This document shows positions 42,696-53,325 of a stretch of DNA of 64,000 bases, piece after piece. How positions within the stretch are numbered: the first letter of the stretch is position 1; each line of letters begins with the position of its first letter. Where the stretch lies: positions 1,184,001 to 1,248,000 of the forward strand of contig OZ242383.1 of NCBI GenBank assembly GCA_965209155.1. Reading direction: 5' to 3'. Below the pieces are notes generated by a model. The model ran no database searches. It was not told the DNA's origin and worked only from the letters and a program-made list of their open reading frames with translations. The position numbers and the translations under genes were made by a program. The DNA comes from a bacterium. GTDB taxonomy: Bacteria; SAR324; NAC60-12.

Positions 42696-43622
42696 CTATC
42701 GGATCAAGCTCAATTCACCGGGAGCCCCTGCCAGTTTATATTTGGAAGAGGATGAAAGGACCATGACAAGTAAGGTTAAAATATAAGGAGCCGCGTTGAA
42801 CAAATAATAACCGGAAGTCACGCCCACTGCTTGTAGTGCGGGGCCCAAAGCGCTTGATCCTCCAAACAACAGTGCGGCGTACAGACAATTGACGGGATTC
42901 CAGCGGGCAAAAATAACAAGAGCAACAGCCATCAGTCCCTGTCCACTGGAGAGGCCTTCAGACCAACTTCCGGGGTAGTAAAGAGAAAGATACGCGCCTC
43001 CAATTCCTGCCATTGCCCCCCCGAGCGCCGTGCTCGCGCCTCTTATTTTTACAACCGGGAATCCCATTGCTTTCCCCGCATCCGCATTTTCCCCTGCAAC
43101 CCTTACCATCAATCCCCATTTTGTATTTTTTAAAGCCCAGTCGAGTAGAAACGCCATTGCCAACCCGAGCAGAAAGAGTACATTGATTTGCAGGGCCGCT
43201 TTGAGTTGGGGGATTTCACTCCACCATCCCAATTCGATAGAGGGAAGGCGCGGTGCGACAGGTTGGATATATGGGGTGCCGAAAAAAAAGGCCAGCCCCG
43301 TACCAAAAATCATCAGGGCAATCCCTATGGCGATATCATTTACTTTAGGATAACTACACAACCAACTGTGCAGTAAACCAAAAACTGCGCCTATCAATGC
43401 AGCGCCAATCACGGCGAGCCAGGGAGATCCCGTATGCAGGGAAAGGGCATATCCCCCCATTGCCCCCAACACCAGAGTTCCTTCCAATCCCAGGTTGATG
43501 CGTCCGCTCTTTTCAGTCAGACATTCTCCCAGGCTGACGAAGAGGAAAGGCGTTCCTACCCGAATTGCTCCTCCAAAAACTGCCAGTAAAACTCCAAGCC
43601 ATTCGATTTCAAATGCAGTCAT
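42696..43622 (-). CDS. ABC transporter permease
   Basis: EKSGRINLGLEG, GQGLMAVALV; start at MTAFE inferred. Confidence 0.85.
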   Translation of the reverse strand: MTAFEIEWLGVLLAVFGGAIRVGTPFLFVSLGECLTEKSGRINLGLEGTLVLGAMGGYALSLHTGSPWLAVIGAALIGAVFGLLHSWLCSYPKVNDIAIGIALMIFGTGLAFFFGTPYIQPVAPRLPSIELGWWSEIPQLKAALQINVLFLLGLAMAFLLDWALKNTKWGLMVRVAGENADAGKAMGFPVVKIRGASTALGGAMAGIGGAYLSLYYPGSWSEGLSSGQGLMAVALVIFARWNPVNCLYAALLFGGSSALGPALQAVGVTSGYYLFNAAPYILTLLVMVLSSSSKYKLAGAPGELSLIR

Positions 43623-43635
43623 AGCCGCATGTTGC

Positions 43636-44694
43636 TCATTCACGATTTTGTTGAAATATCTTGAAGCGTCCGTAAAAGGTTTCGCTGAACAAAATGACGA
43701 TAAAGATGATACCTTGTAAGACCAATACGGTGGCATCGGGAAGATCTTGCGACCGTTGCAATAAACCACTGCTGCTACGTATTCCTCCCAGTAAAACAGC
43801 CACGGGAATGATAGCAACCGGATTGTGCCGGGAAACGAAGGCAACCAAGATTCCCGTGTAACCGTAGTTGGCATTCAAAGAACTATTGGCGCTTCCATGG
43901 ACTGCTGCCACTTCAACCATCCCCGCCAGTCCGCCAGCGGCTCCTGCAAGAAAACAGACAATCAAAGTCAATCGTCCCACAGGAAGCCCTGTCAACAATG
44001 CGGCTTTCACATTGCCACCCGTGATTCTGGCTGCAAATCCAAAAGTGGTTTTATGCATTAAAAACCAACATAAGAGACAAGCAATGGCACCAAATCCCAA
44101 TCCCCAATGGATGTCGCTTCCCGGGATCAATCCCAGCATGTTTTCTTCTCCTATGGAAGCAGTTGAGGGTTTGTTCAAACTGTGGGGGTCACGAAAAGGA
44201 CCGGAAAACAAATGGCTGGCGACTGCAATCGCGATGTAGTTGAGCAACAAACTACTGATTGTTTCATTCACGCCTCGATAGTGGCGCAACGCTCCACAGA
44301 AGGAGATCCAGATTCCTCCGACTGTCATTCCTGTCAAGGCCATGCCCATTAAAACGATCCATGACGGCTGTCCGATCAGCGCCAATCCCGCCAGAGCAGC
44401 TGCCACCCCCCCTGTGACAAACGCACCTTCTCCTCCGATAACGACAAGTCCCAAATAAGCGGGAAGCGCGGTACATAAGGCAGTCAACATTAAAGGCGCT
44501 GCCCGAATCAGAGTGTTTTGCCAGGAAAACCAAGAACCGAATGCCGCCCTGTAAACGGAATAATAGACTCCCCCCAAATCCGCGTGGATAGCCAGTAAAA
44601 ACAGGCTGAAAATTACCATCGAAACCACCAGTGCCAGAAAAGGGATCACAATGGTTTCAGCTTTTTGTTTCCAGTGGATTTGCGGGAAAGTCAT
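43636..44694 (-). CDS. ABC transporter permease
   Basis: RGVNETISSLLLNY, YGYTGILVA; start at MTFPQ inferred. Confidence 0.85.
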   Translation of the reverse strand: MTFPQIHWKQKAETIVIPFLALVVSMVIFSLFLLAIHADLGGVYYSVYRAAFGSWFSWQNTLIRAAPLMLTALCTALPAYLGLVVIGGEGAFVTGGVAAALAGLALIGQPSWIVLMGMALTGMTVGGIWISFCGALRHYRGVNETISSLLLNYIAIAVASHLFSGPFRDPHSLNKPSTASIGEENMLGLIPGSDIHWGLGFGAIACLLCWFLMHKTTFGFAARITGGNVKAALLTGLPVGRLTLIVCFLAGAAGGLAGMVEVAAVHGSANSSLNANYGYTGILVAFVSRHNPVAIIPVAVLLGGIRSSSGLLQRSQDLPDATVLVLQGIIFIVILFSETFYGRFKIFQQNRE

Positions 44695-45827
44695 CAGACC
44701 CCCGTTGTACCCATGACTCCTTCTACCAGCCAATCCATGGATTCCAGCCAAATATCCGATTGTCTGTGTTCTTTGCCGGCAGCAATGACAATATTTCCTT
44801 GATTATCTTTGAGGGGACCCTTGAAAATCGACATGCTTCCAGCGCTCAATTGGGATTGGGCGCTGTCTGCCATTTTCCGGGTTTGTTCGTTAACGGCTGG
44901 ACCATAAGGAGACACTTTGACGATTCCATCATTCAATCCACCTCTCACCCGGTGAGGGATTTTTTCACCATTGTGGATCAAGACGGCATAATCGTGGTAA
45001 ACTTTAGACCAATTCCATTCCGCGCCACTCAGGTAACCTCTGGGTGCCAGTGCGGACTGGTTGGTATGATAACCGCTGCTGAATATTCCCCGATTTTCGC
45101 ATGTTTCTATTACCACCTTGGGACTGTCGACATGGCACGTTACCACGTCGATTCCTTGATCAATCAGGCTGTTCGTCGCTTCGGCTTCACGAACCGGCAA
45201 AGCCCAGTCTCCCGTAAAAATCAGGTGGGTGGTTACGCGTGGATTGACCGTTTGGGCACCCAGGGTGAACGCGTTGACATTTCTGAGCACCAGTGGAATG
45301 GGTTTGGCTGCCACGAATCCCAGTTTGCCCGACTGGCTGGTTCCACCTGCCAAAATCCCTGCAACATACTGCGCTTCATCAATGTAACCAAAATAACTAC
45401 CCACATTGGTCGGATGCGCACCTTCCCGATATAACCCCCCGCAATGCAGAAAAATGACATTGGGATATTTTTTGGCCATCTTCAAAATGTGCGGATCGAA
45501 GTAGCCAAAGGAGGTGGGGAACAAAACTTCCGTTCCGTCCAGATGGATCATGCTTTCCATTGTTTTCTGGACTTCAATACTCTCAGGAACCTTCTCCTCA
45601 TCAACGGCAGTAACCCACGGTAAACGAGATACGGCGCTTTTCCCTTCAAAATGCGATTGATTGTAACCGAAATCATCCCGTGAACCGACGTAAATGAATC
45701 CCATTGAAATTTTTTTTGCGGCCCTGGCTCGAGACACCAGTCCCAGGTTTCCAATCGCAGCGAGGACGCCAGTAGCAGCAATACCTTTGACGACTTGCCG
45801 TCTCGTCAATTCAGTCACTTTTTTCAT
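44694..45827 (-). CDS. BMP-family ABC substrate-binding protein (Tat signal)
   Basis: TRRQVVK twin-arginine motif, GFIYVG..DFGYNQSH. Confidence 0.9.
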   Translation of the reverse strand: MKKVTELTRRQVVKGIAATGVLAAIGNLGLVSRARAAKKISMGFIYVGSRDDFGYNQSHFEGKSAVSRLPWVTAVDEEKVPESIEVQKTMESMIHLDGTEVLFPTSFGYFDPHILKMAKKYPNVIFLHCGGLYREGAHPTNVGSYFGYIDEAQYVAGILAGGTSQSGKLGFVAAKPIPLVLRNVNAFTLGAQTVNPRVTTHLIFTGDWALPVREAEATNSLIDQGIDVVTCHVDSPKVVIETCENRGIFSSGYHTNQSALAPRGYLSGAEWNWSKVYHDYAVLIHNGEKIPHRVRGGLNDGIVKVSPYGPAVNEQTRKMADSAQSQLSAGSMSIFKGPLKDNQGNIVIAAGKEHRQSDIWLESMDWLVEGVMGTTGV

Positions 45828-45923
45828 TTATCCTTATCTTTGCGTAATGGTGTCCTTGAGTGGTTTGAAATTAATTGAGGGGTAGTGGAGTTTTTTCTCC
45901 TTTGTCCGATAGCAAATAAATTA

Positions 45924-46442
45924 TCACCTTTGCTCCCAGATTTGCACGTTATGTCCCGGCAAATTAAAAGGAGATTCAGCGTACTCGAGCACAGGCAAGC
46001 CATCAGCACCTGTTTTGAATACGACATGGAGTCGATGCGGTGAAAGACGGGTGTCCACACGCTCGAGAAACTGCAATTCCAAACCATCGTGAGTTGTTAT
46101 TTTCACCTTCGTCCAGAGGAGATCTTCGTCGTCCATGTAGGTGCCATCCGATATAAGAACGCTGTGTGGTGGATCAGGTGGTAACGTGAAACGTTCACCT
46201 AGTGTGGAAACCGAATTCTGATTCGTCTGCGCAACGAGCACCCAAGTCCCTGAAACAGGGACCTCAACACCGTCCTGGTCGACAACCCAAACGTGATCTC
46301 GCTCTTCCTGTGGAGTTCCGGGATTCGCCTGCGCAATCCCAGGCTCTGGTACATGCTGGCTCCGAATGCAGGAGGAAAACCAGGTAAGCAGAGACATAAT
46401 TGTCAAGATGGATACGAGTTTCGAGTTTTTATTGATATGCAT
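45924..46442 (-). CDS. Hypothetical lipoprotein
   Basis: Signal peptide with FSSC lipobox-like motif. Confidence 0.55.
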   Translation of the reverse strand: MHINKNSKLVSILTIMSLLTWFSSCIRSQHVPEPGIAQANPGTPQEERDHVWVVDQDGVEVPVSGTWVLVAQTNQNSVSTLGERFTLPPDPPHSVLISDGTYMDDEDLLWTKVKITTHDGLELQFLERVDTRLSPHRLHVVFKTGADGLPVLEYAESPFNLPGHNVQIWEQR

Positions 46443-46739
46443 TATGTATCCCTTTTTCAGATAAACGACATGGCGTGAGCTATGACCTTTTCAGTGGATT
46501 ACAGCAGATTTACCTGTGAGTTTTACCATACTCACAAATTTCCTGAAATTCAAAAATTCTGAATTACTACGTTTTTTTAATTTTTTACGAATCCCGCATT
46601 TTTTTGCATTTGGGGGTTGACATAGCGTTATTAGTTATTATGTGCTACGCTGATGCCGCGTGGGTATCCACGCAGCGCCGACGGCTATGGATTCATTGTA
46701 TTATTCTCTGCTTCCATTCGTTTATTGCTCTAAAAATTC

Positions 46740-47312
46740 ATGCTGGATACATACCGGACACTTAATATCCTGAAAGTTCATAAAAGCGAAATTTTTCTGT
46801 TATTACTACTGGGAGGATTGCTGTTTTACATATACACGGCCTTCAAGGATGATTCGATTACCCCCTCCCTCGAGGAGCCCGACTACCTTTTGAAATTCGA
46901 TGGAATTGAAATCGACGATTATTGGATGAACAAAAAACGTTGGAAATTGCTCGCTAAGCATGCCTCTGTCGCAAAAGACAATGAAATCATATTCTTAAGC
47001 GATATTCAAATCTTTGTTTATGATTTGCAAAACCCAGGGACATCTGACATCGATATTACAGTCACTGCGAATGAAGGAAGCATAAATTGGAGTAAAGAAG
47101 TGGTTACGCTTAACTCTGAGGTTGAAATATTCCGTCAATCAGAATTGCGGATCAATACGGAAAAGGCTGTTTATCATTACAATGAGGGTAAAGTAGATCT
47201 TCCGCAACCCGTGGAAATTCACTATTTGGAGGACCTGGTAAAAGGTGAACGACTCACCTACAACATTCATCAAAACAAAATTGAACTTCACAATGCAATC
47301 TTGTTGGAATGA
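46740..47312 (+). CDS. lptC: LPS export protein LptC
   Basis: N-terminal TM helix, KRWKLLAKHA, ITVTANEG jellyroll pattern. Confidence 0.65.
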   Translation: MLDTYRTLNILKVHKSEIFLLLLLGGLLFYIYTAFKDDSITPSLEEPDYLLKFDGIEIDDYWMNKKRWKLLAKHASVAKDNEIIFLSDIQIFVYDLQNPGTSDIDITVTANEGSINWSKEVVTLNSEVEIFRQSELRINTEKAVYHYNEGKVDLPQPVEIHYLEDLVKGERLTYNIHQNKIELHNAILLE

Positions 47313-47498
47313 GAACAAAGACTTTTTCTTCCGGCAACACCCAACTGGGCGCGATGATCGCTCATGACGCGGGGCGCAAGCCGGATCCTTTAACCGAACA
47401 ATTTTCCCAACCATGCCATTATGCAGAACAACCCGGCCCGGTTGCCGGCCGCAAATTTCGTGGACCCGATGGAAAAAAAAGAGACTGCTCGATGAGGA

Positions 47499-47753
47499 CT
47501 AATTTCGTCTTAGTGTTTCTTGGATGGTTTGCTTAGCCGACTGGGGCAATTGGATGGTTTCGTCTGTTTCAATGGTATGCGTGAGTTGGTGTACCATCTG
47601 ATTCAGTAATTGAATTTGTTTGCTGAATTCTTTACACGTATCGCAGACAAAAAGATGCATTTGCAAAAGAATTCGTTGATACCAGGGCAACTTCGTATCC
47701 AATGACTCCGATACCAATTGTGCTATTTTTTCACAATCTGGTCCAATCATCAT
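47499..47753 (-). CDS. zf-HC2 anti-sigma-like protein
   Basis: C..LVSESLD..L..HLFVCDTC. Confidence 0.75.
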   Translation of the reverse strand: MMIGPDCEKIAQLVSESLDTKLPWYQRILLQMHLFVCDTCKEFSKQIQLLNQMVHQLTHTIETDETIQLPQSAKQTIQETLRRN

Positions 47754-47897
47754 GGGTCTGCTCCCAAAGTTGAAGAAGCGTAAAAATCTTCATTTTTTTC
47801 TCTGTTATATTCGAACTGCCCGGTAGTCGTACCTGCCTTTAAAATCTTACTGCTTCCCTTTTATAAGGTGCATTGAAAATCATTGCCAAAAAAGCGA

Positions 47898-48392
47898 TTA
47901 TAAATTCCGGATAATCAGGGAGGTTATCGCTTGAGGAGACAAATTCTTTGTTTCAACAATTTGATCCGCCTGTTCATAGGTTGGAGTACGATGTTGAAGC
48001 AACAAGTGAATTCGCTCCTCCGGATTTTCGATTTGCAGCAGAGGTCGATGAAGCGTATTTTTAACCCGTTCTATGATGTCATCAACGGTCGTTTTTAAAT
48101 AAATAATCGTTCCTATTCTTTTCATTAAATCCAAATTTCCCTCTGTCATCACAACGCCACCTCCCGTCGCAACAACCGTATTTTGTACCTGTGAGAGCTT
48201 CTTGAGCAAATTAGTTTCCAAACGCCTGAAAAATTCCTCTCCTTGTTGAATGAATATTTCAGAGATACTGCAATTTTGCTCATTTTCAATTTGTTCATCC
48301 ATATCGATAAACTGATATCCAAGCCTCATGGCTAGTTGACGACCAATTGTTGTCTTACCTCCCCCCATCATGCCAACGAGCAAGAGATTCAT
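47898..48392 (-). CDS. aroK: Shikimate kinase
   Basis: GMMGGGKTT, GEEFFRRLE, ATGGG, RPLL. Confidence 0.97.
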   Translation of the reverse strand: MNLLLVGMMGGGKTTIGRQLAMRLGYQFIDMDEQIENEQNCSISEIFIQQGEEFFRRLETNLLKKLSQVQNTVVATGGGVVMTEGNLDLMKRIGTIIYLKTTVDDIIERVKNTLHRPLLQIENPEERIHLLLQHRTPTYEQADQIVETKNLSPQAITSLIIRNL

Positions 48393-49483
48393 CTTCTCTC
48401 CGGTGCCAGACAGCGGTCAATCCAGCCACCACCCAACAAGACTTCATCTTGATAAAATACGGCAGCTTGCCCTGGAGAAGCGGAATGTTGAGGTAAATCG
48501 AGAATGACTTGAACCGTATCGTCTCCCCCGGGCCTTATTGTAGCTCCCACTCCTCGGTGGGTATAACGCAGTTTCACCGTTGCCGATATCGGTTCCCGAA
48601 TTGGATCCAAGGATAACCAATTCACATCGGAAACCTGGATCGACTTCACCAGCGATTCTTGCAGTTTTCCCAAAACAACCTGGTTGCTGTCTTTAAGAAG
48701 CTGGATTACATAATAGGGATCGCTGCCACTGATTTGCAATCCCCGGCGTTGCCCCACTGTATAGTAGGGAATGCCTTTATGGCGCCCTAAAATTTTTCCT
48801 GAAGTAGAAACAAAATCACCTGGTTCGGGCAATGAGTTCATTTGCTTGCTTATGAAATCCCGATAGTTTCGAGGTACAAAGCAAATTTCCTGGCTGTCCG
48901 GCTTGTGCGCAGAAACCAATTCATATTGCACCGCAATTTGACGGACTTCGGGTTTGCTGTAATCTGCCAGGGGAAAGAGCAGTCTTGGTAGTTCCGCGTT
49001 AGGGGTTCCATACAAAAAATAAGTTTGATCCTTCTGTCGATCCCGCGGTTTCGTGATTTGCCATATTCCCGTAATGGGATCTTTGCCAACACGAGCATAG
49101 TGTCCCGTAGCTAAATAATCACAACCCAATTCGTCTGCTTTTTCCAACAAATAGCGAGTCTTGATTATTTTGTTGCACATCACGCAAGGATTGGGGGTCC
49201 TCCCATCAAGGTATTCTTGCACGAAATAATCAATCACATTTTCTTTAAATTCATCTTGAAAATCAAGGACATAAAAAGGCACACCCAAGCGACTGCAGAC
49301 GGCCCGCGCATCCAATGAATCGTTGAGAGAGCAACAACTCTTATCCTGGCGTTCTTCCGGTGGCGCGTCGTGCAGTTTCATGTGGATCCCAAGGACCTCG
49401 TAGCCTTGTTTTTGTAATAATACCACTGCAACAGAAGAATCGACTCCGCCGCTCATAGCCACTGCCACACGTTTATTCTTCAT
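48389..49483 (-). CDS. mnmA: tRNA 2-thiouridylase
   Basis: AMSGGVDSS, TPNPCVMCN, ATGHYA, DSQEICF. Confidence 0.98.
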   Translation of the reverse strand: MKNKRVAVAMSGGVDSSVAVVLLQKQGYEVLGIHMKLHDAPPEERQDKSCCSLNDSLDARAVCSRLGVPFYVLDFQDEFKENVIDYFVQEYLDGRTPNPCVMCNKIIKTRYLLEKADELGCDYLATGHYARVGKDPITGIWQITKPRDRQKDQTYFLYGTPNAELPRLLFPLADYSKPEVRQIAVQYELVSAHKPDSQEICFVPRNYRDFISKQMNSLPEPGDFVSTSGKILGRHKGIPYYTVGQRRGLQISGSDPYYVIQLLKDSNQVVLGKLQESLVKSIQVSDVNWLSLDPIREPISATVKLRYTHRGVGATIRPGGDDTVQVILDLPQHSASPGQAAVFYQDEVLLGGGWIDRCLAPERR

Positions 49484-49623
49484 AACATAACAAGATTTGG
49501 AGAAAAATATTATACGGTGAGTAATTTACAACAATAGGAGAGAATATTTATTAAGTGTCCTTTGCTTCTTTTTAATCTTCTGATAAATTCAATGTGTTTG
49601 ATTTATAGTCGCGATTGCATTTG

Positions 49624-50091
49624 TCAATATCGCAACTCTACGGATTGAACATACTCATGCATGTAGGTGGTTTTCAATGCGTCCAATGAAAATTCCTCAC
49701 CCAATTCACCGTCCTGTTTCTCATAAAAAGAAACAATGGCTTTTTGCAATAAGATTAAGGCTTCATTGTCCGGATATACGGCAATCGCTCCTGTATAGAT
49801 GGCATCCACAGATTCCGCAGCTATTTCAGAACAGGTAATGGATTTCAAGTTAGGTATCGACAAGAGTTCTTCTAAAGACGTCGTTGCGGAAAGCTTGCTT
49901 TGCGTGCGATTGAAATGATGACAGCGTCCCTGATGGTCCAAAAAACAGTAAAGTTCCGTTGTCAAATCTTTATAAAAATGATCTACTTCGTTGATTCGAT
50001 AACAACGAGAAACGGCTTGGATCCAGTAAAAGTGACCGCTATGGAGGGTATTTACCACTTTCAATCCAATCTCTTTTGAAAAATTCATCAC
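49624..50091 (-). CDS. Hypothetical protein
   Basis: 155-aa ORF with AGGAG RBS. Confidence 0.55.
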   Translation of the reverse strand: MMNFSKEIGLKVVNTLHSGHFYWIQAVSRCYRINEVDHFYKDLTTELYCFLDHQGRCHHFNRTQSKLSATTSLEELLSIPNLKSITCSEIAAESVDAIYTGAIAVYPDNEALILLQKAIVSFYEKQDGELGEEFSLDALKTTYMHEYVQSVELRY

Positions 50092-50341
50092 TTCTCCTTA
50101 AAAAAGATTCTACAACTCCACGAAAGACCCTACTCGAAACTCAGATCTTAATGAACGACTGGATGCTCATTTTTAATGAGAATCGGCATTACAAAGTTTC
50201 TGTTAAACACAGTTCCGATTCAAATGCCAAACGCCTGAACCGGCGTATTTGAAAGTAAACGGGATTGTTTATAGCAAGTAGGTACGGCAAAATCAAATTT
50301 CGAGGTCATATCTCGACAGGTAAAATCACCTTCACCGGACA

Positions 50342-51928
50342 ATGAATCAGCAACCCCCCACCCTTATTTTATCGAAAATATCCAAATCCATTTTCAAATT
50401 TCCGGGAATTGGCATGAAATTGACACGCAATAGATTTTTCTCTCTGTTTTTTATTATTACAGCCGTAGTCGTCAATGGAGGCTGTAACCTGGAGAGAGTA
50501 GAACCGATAGCGGCAACGAATAGTTGCACCTTGGCAGATTCTCCAGAACAACTTTCGACAGCAACTATTCCCATTTCCATTCCCGTGTCGAGCATCGGCC
50601 CCTTGCTGGATGAAATCACTTCCAGGCGTTGGAACCTGGACCATTGTTGCCTGGAGTGGAGCTTATCATTGCTGGGCGGAGAATTCAAGTTGAACGGCTA
50701 TGCGGAACGATCCGAGCTTGAATTCAGAGGAAGCAGCAACAAATTGACGATGGTGACTCGCGTTAGAGGAAAAGTAGATCTTCGACATCGTGGCAACGGA
50801 GCATCAGGAAATTCAAAATGGACGAATCCAATCAGTATTGGATTCGAAGGAAATATCGAGGGAACATCTCAGCTAAAGATTGAGGAAAATTGGCAGCTCG
50901 CCTTGCCCGATTTGAATATACGTACCGATTTAATAAAAATCGGCCCATTTTGGGGCCTTAACCTGGCAGATTTCAAAGTCGTCAAGGATTGGATTGAAGA
51001 ACAAGTGGCACAAAGACTCGAGAAGGATTTCAAAGCTCAAATCACAGAATTGGGATTTGTTAAGAAAGTATCCAAAAAGTGGTGGCAAAATCTTTGTGGG
51101 ACTCTTCCAATTGAAACGGATCTCATGGCCACCGGAATTCCATTGCATTTGGAAGTCAAACCAATAGCCGTGCGGGTGACACAGCCTCAGGTAAGTGAAA
51201 CCGACATGCAATTGAATTTGGGACTCGTATTCAATATGCGGGTAGTCGAGCAACCAACAAATCCCCAATGCATTTTTCCCGAACAACTCGATCTGACAGA
51301 TGTTGGTCCTCCTGCTCTGCAATTGGAACTGCCTGTTGAGATTCGATACGAAACACTCAACCAAATTCTGGGATCGAAGAAATTTCTTACCGTATTGAAT
51401 GATGAACTGGGTAAAAATAAGGCTGGTGAGAAAGTTGCGAACAATTCTTCCGGTGCCATCGAGGATCTTCGTGTCAGTCCCCAGAAGACGAAGTTATTGC
51501 TTGAAGCCGAGATTAACACGCAAATCGGTGGAGCGGATATGAATCTTTTTCTTAGCGGGAAACCCTACTTGCAGTCTCATGAGCAAAGAATTGTGCTGAA
51601 CGACGTCGAAATCGATACTGCTTCCAAACACGCCTTAGTGATGGCATATGGCGAGTTATTTGTTGAGTCTTCGATCAAAAAACTGTTGGGCGCGCTCAAT
51701 GGGAGGGTGATTTTCGACCTGAAGCCATTGATGGAGAAAAACCGTCAGTTGGCAAATGCTGCTCTGGATGCTTGGGAAAAGAACTTGCAGGTCAGCAATC
51801 AATCCAAAGAACGCTTTCATATCGAAAGCCAATTAGAGGAACTTCGTCTCTCCCGGCTGGAAATATGTCCAACACGTCTTCTTTTAGGGGTGTCGGCAAC
51901 TGGCAAGGCGGTCGCTGTGATCAAATAA
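50342..51928 (+). CDS. DUF4403-like lipoprotein
   Basis: Lipobox-like GGC; TULIP-like pattern WQNLC..LEVKP, LSGKP. Confidence 0.6.
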   Translation: MNQQPPTLILSKISKSIFKFPGIGMKLTRNRFFSLFFIITAVVVNGGCNLERVEPIAATNSCTLADSPEQLSTATIPISIPVSSIGPLLDEITSRRWNLDHCCLEWSLSLLGGEFKLNGYAERSELEFRGSSNKLTMVTRVRGKVDLRHRGNGASGNSKWTNPISIGFEGNIEGTSQLKIEENWQLALPDLNIRTDLIKIGPFWGLNLADFKVVKDWIEEQVAQRLEKDFKAQITELGFVKKVSKKWWQNLCGTLPIETDLMATGIPLHLEVKPIAVRVTQPQVSETDMQLNLGLVFNMRVVEQPTNPQCIFPEQLDLTDVGPPALQLELPVEIRYETLNQILGSKKFLTVLNDELGKNKAGEKVANNSSGAIEDLRVSPQKTKLLLEAEINTQIGGADMNLFLSGKPYLQSHEQRIVLNDVEIDTASKHALVMAYGELFVESSIKKLLGALNGRVIFDLKPLMEKNRQLANAALDAWEKNLQVSNQSKERFHIESQLEELRLSRLEICPTRLLLGVSATGKAVAVIK

Positions 51929-52120
51929 CCCGAGTTCGAGATAAGGAATTAAATGATTTGAATGAGGGGCGGCATTTACGGTTGCCAGGTATAAACAATT
52001 AAGCCAGCCAGTAAATCAGCCATAAAGTTTTTGACGCTGCGATGTCCGGAATGCTCAATTTGTGAAATATTTTTCAGTGGGTCGTTGATGGTTTCAATAA
52101 TGAAGCGTTTTCTCAACAAG
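51928..52120 (-). mobile_element. IS982-family 3' remnant
   Basis: [32 protein letters not shown]; end ACCCGAGTTCGAGATAAG. Confidence 0.7.
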
Positions 52121-52179
52121 AGGCGATCTAGTTGCCCCGAGCGGCTAATCCCGCGAAGCGGCGATGGCGCTGAATACGA

Positions 52180-52340
52180 CCATCCAAAAACGGCTCAAAC
52201 TCCCTGGCGCTTGTTGGAAAAAACAACATGCCGATCAGATGATTCAACTCAGGGTGGCAAGAGCCAATGGAAAATGGGATTGTTATTGGCAACAACTACA
52301 AAGAGCTTAATGAGATGCCCCTCACTTTTAATTACACCCC
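52180..52340 (+). mobile_element. ISKra4/ISLre2-like 3' remnant
   Basis: [29 protein letters not shown]; end CACTTTTAATTACACCCC. Confidence 0.65.
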
Positions 52341-52373
52341 TTAAAAGTATATAATTCACTTTCAAAAAATGTA

Positions 52374-52401
52374 TTTACAATAATATTTCAAAGTATATAA
52401 T
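52374..52401 (+). promoter_or_regulatory. Sigma70-like promoter
   Basis: TTTACA-16 bp-TATAAT. Confidence 0.6.
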
Positions 52402-52407
52402 AAAATT

Positions 52408-52512
52408 ATAAAAACGCCCTTGGCTTCCACATATCTATTTTTGAATGCCTTTTTTGAAATCTTTCAATTGGCATCAACTTTATAGCGGATATGTCGACCC
52501 AAGGGCTTTTTT
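52408..52512 (+). ncRNA. Candidate structured leader or sRNA (rod hairpin plus U-tract) upstream of the NYN gene
   Basis: Nested pairings GCCCTTGG/CCAAGGGC, ACATATC/GATATGT, ATGCC/GGCAT, TTGAA/TTCAA, then T6. Confidence 0.55.
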
Positions 52513-52541
52513 GTGAAAAATAATTTAAATAAATCATTTAT

Positions 52542-53225
52542 ATGAAAAATTTTAATTCAAAAAGAATTGCTATCCTAATCGATGGATCTTTTTTTTTAAA
52601 AAGATATCGGATTGTCACTCCTGGTGGTCGATTCCATCAACCAAAATTAATTGTCGAGAATTTATATAAAATGGCAATGAAACATGCCAAGAATTATGAA
52701 CTTTATCGGATTTTATTCTATGATTGTATGCCACTTAAGAAAAGAGATCATAATCCTTTAAATGGTAAAGCAATTAATTATTCAAAAACACAACAATATA
52801 AGAATCGTATTGAAATTTTTGAAGAATTAAGGAAACGAAGGAAAGTGGCATTAAGACTGGGTGAAATTAAATATTTTTCTGAATGGAATATACATCATCA
52901 AAAAATAAAACCTCTTTTAAAAGGTGAAATTTCTATAAAAGATTTACAGGAAAGAGATATAATACCCAAAATGAAACAAACAGGTATTGATATTAAAATT
53001 GGATTAGATATAGCTTCAATTGCTTATAAGAAATTATCTGATCAAATTGTACTTATCTCAGGAGATAGTGATTTTGTACCAGCAGCGAAATTAGCAAGAC
53101 GAGAAGGTATGGATTTTATTCTCGATCCTATGTGGAGCCCTATTCGTCAGGATTTATATGAACATATAGATGGACTTAAATCTCATTGTCGAAATCCTAA
53201 TCCACATAAAAATCAGACTATATGA
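52542..53225 (+). CDS. NYN (LabA/DUF88, PIN-fold) domain protein
   Basis: AILIDGSF, FYDC, KQTGIDIKIGLDIA, LISGDSDFVPAAKLARREG; very AT-rich. Confidence 0.92.
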   Translation: MKNFNSKRIAILIDGSFFLKRYRIVTPGGRFHQPKLIVENLYKMAMKHAKNYELYRILFYDCMPLKKRDHNPLNGKAINYSKTQQYKNRIEIFEELRKRRKVALRLGEIKYFSEWNIHHQKIKPLLKGEISIKDLQERDIIPKMKQTGIDIKIGLDIASIAYKKLSDQIVLISGDSDFVPAAKLARREGMDFILDPMWSPIRQDLYEHIDGLKSHCRNPNPHKNQTI

Positions 53226-53236
53226 GATAAAACTAA

Positions 53237-53325
53237 TTCATGGAAAATCTCAAAGCGATTCTAATTTTGACTGAAGCTCTCTTACCGTCCGCGAGACGGA
53301 AGATTTAGACCATTTATGAGACATT
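53237..53325. repeat. Second copy of the 13412-13500 repeat
   Basis: Direct sequence similarity. Confidence 0.7.

Noticed and set aside
47309..47536. lptA downstream of lptC
   Set aside because: Short ORF with no recognisable OstA pattern
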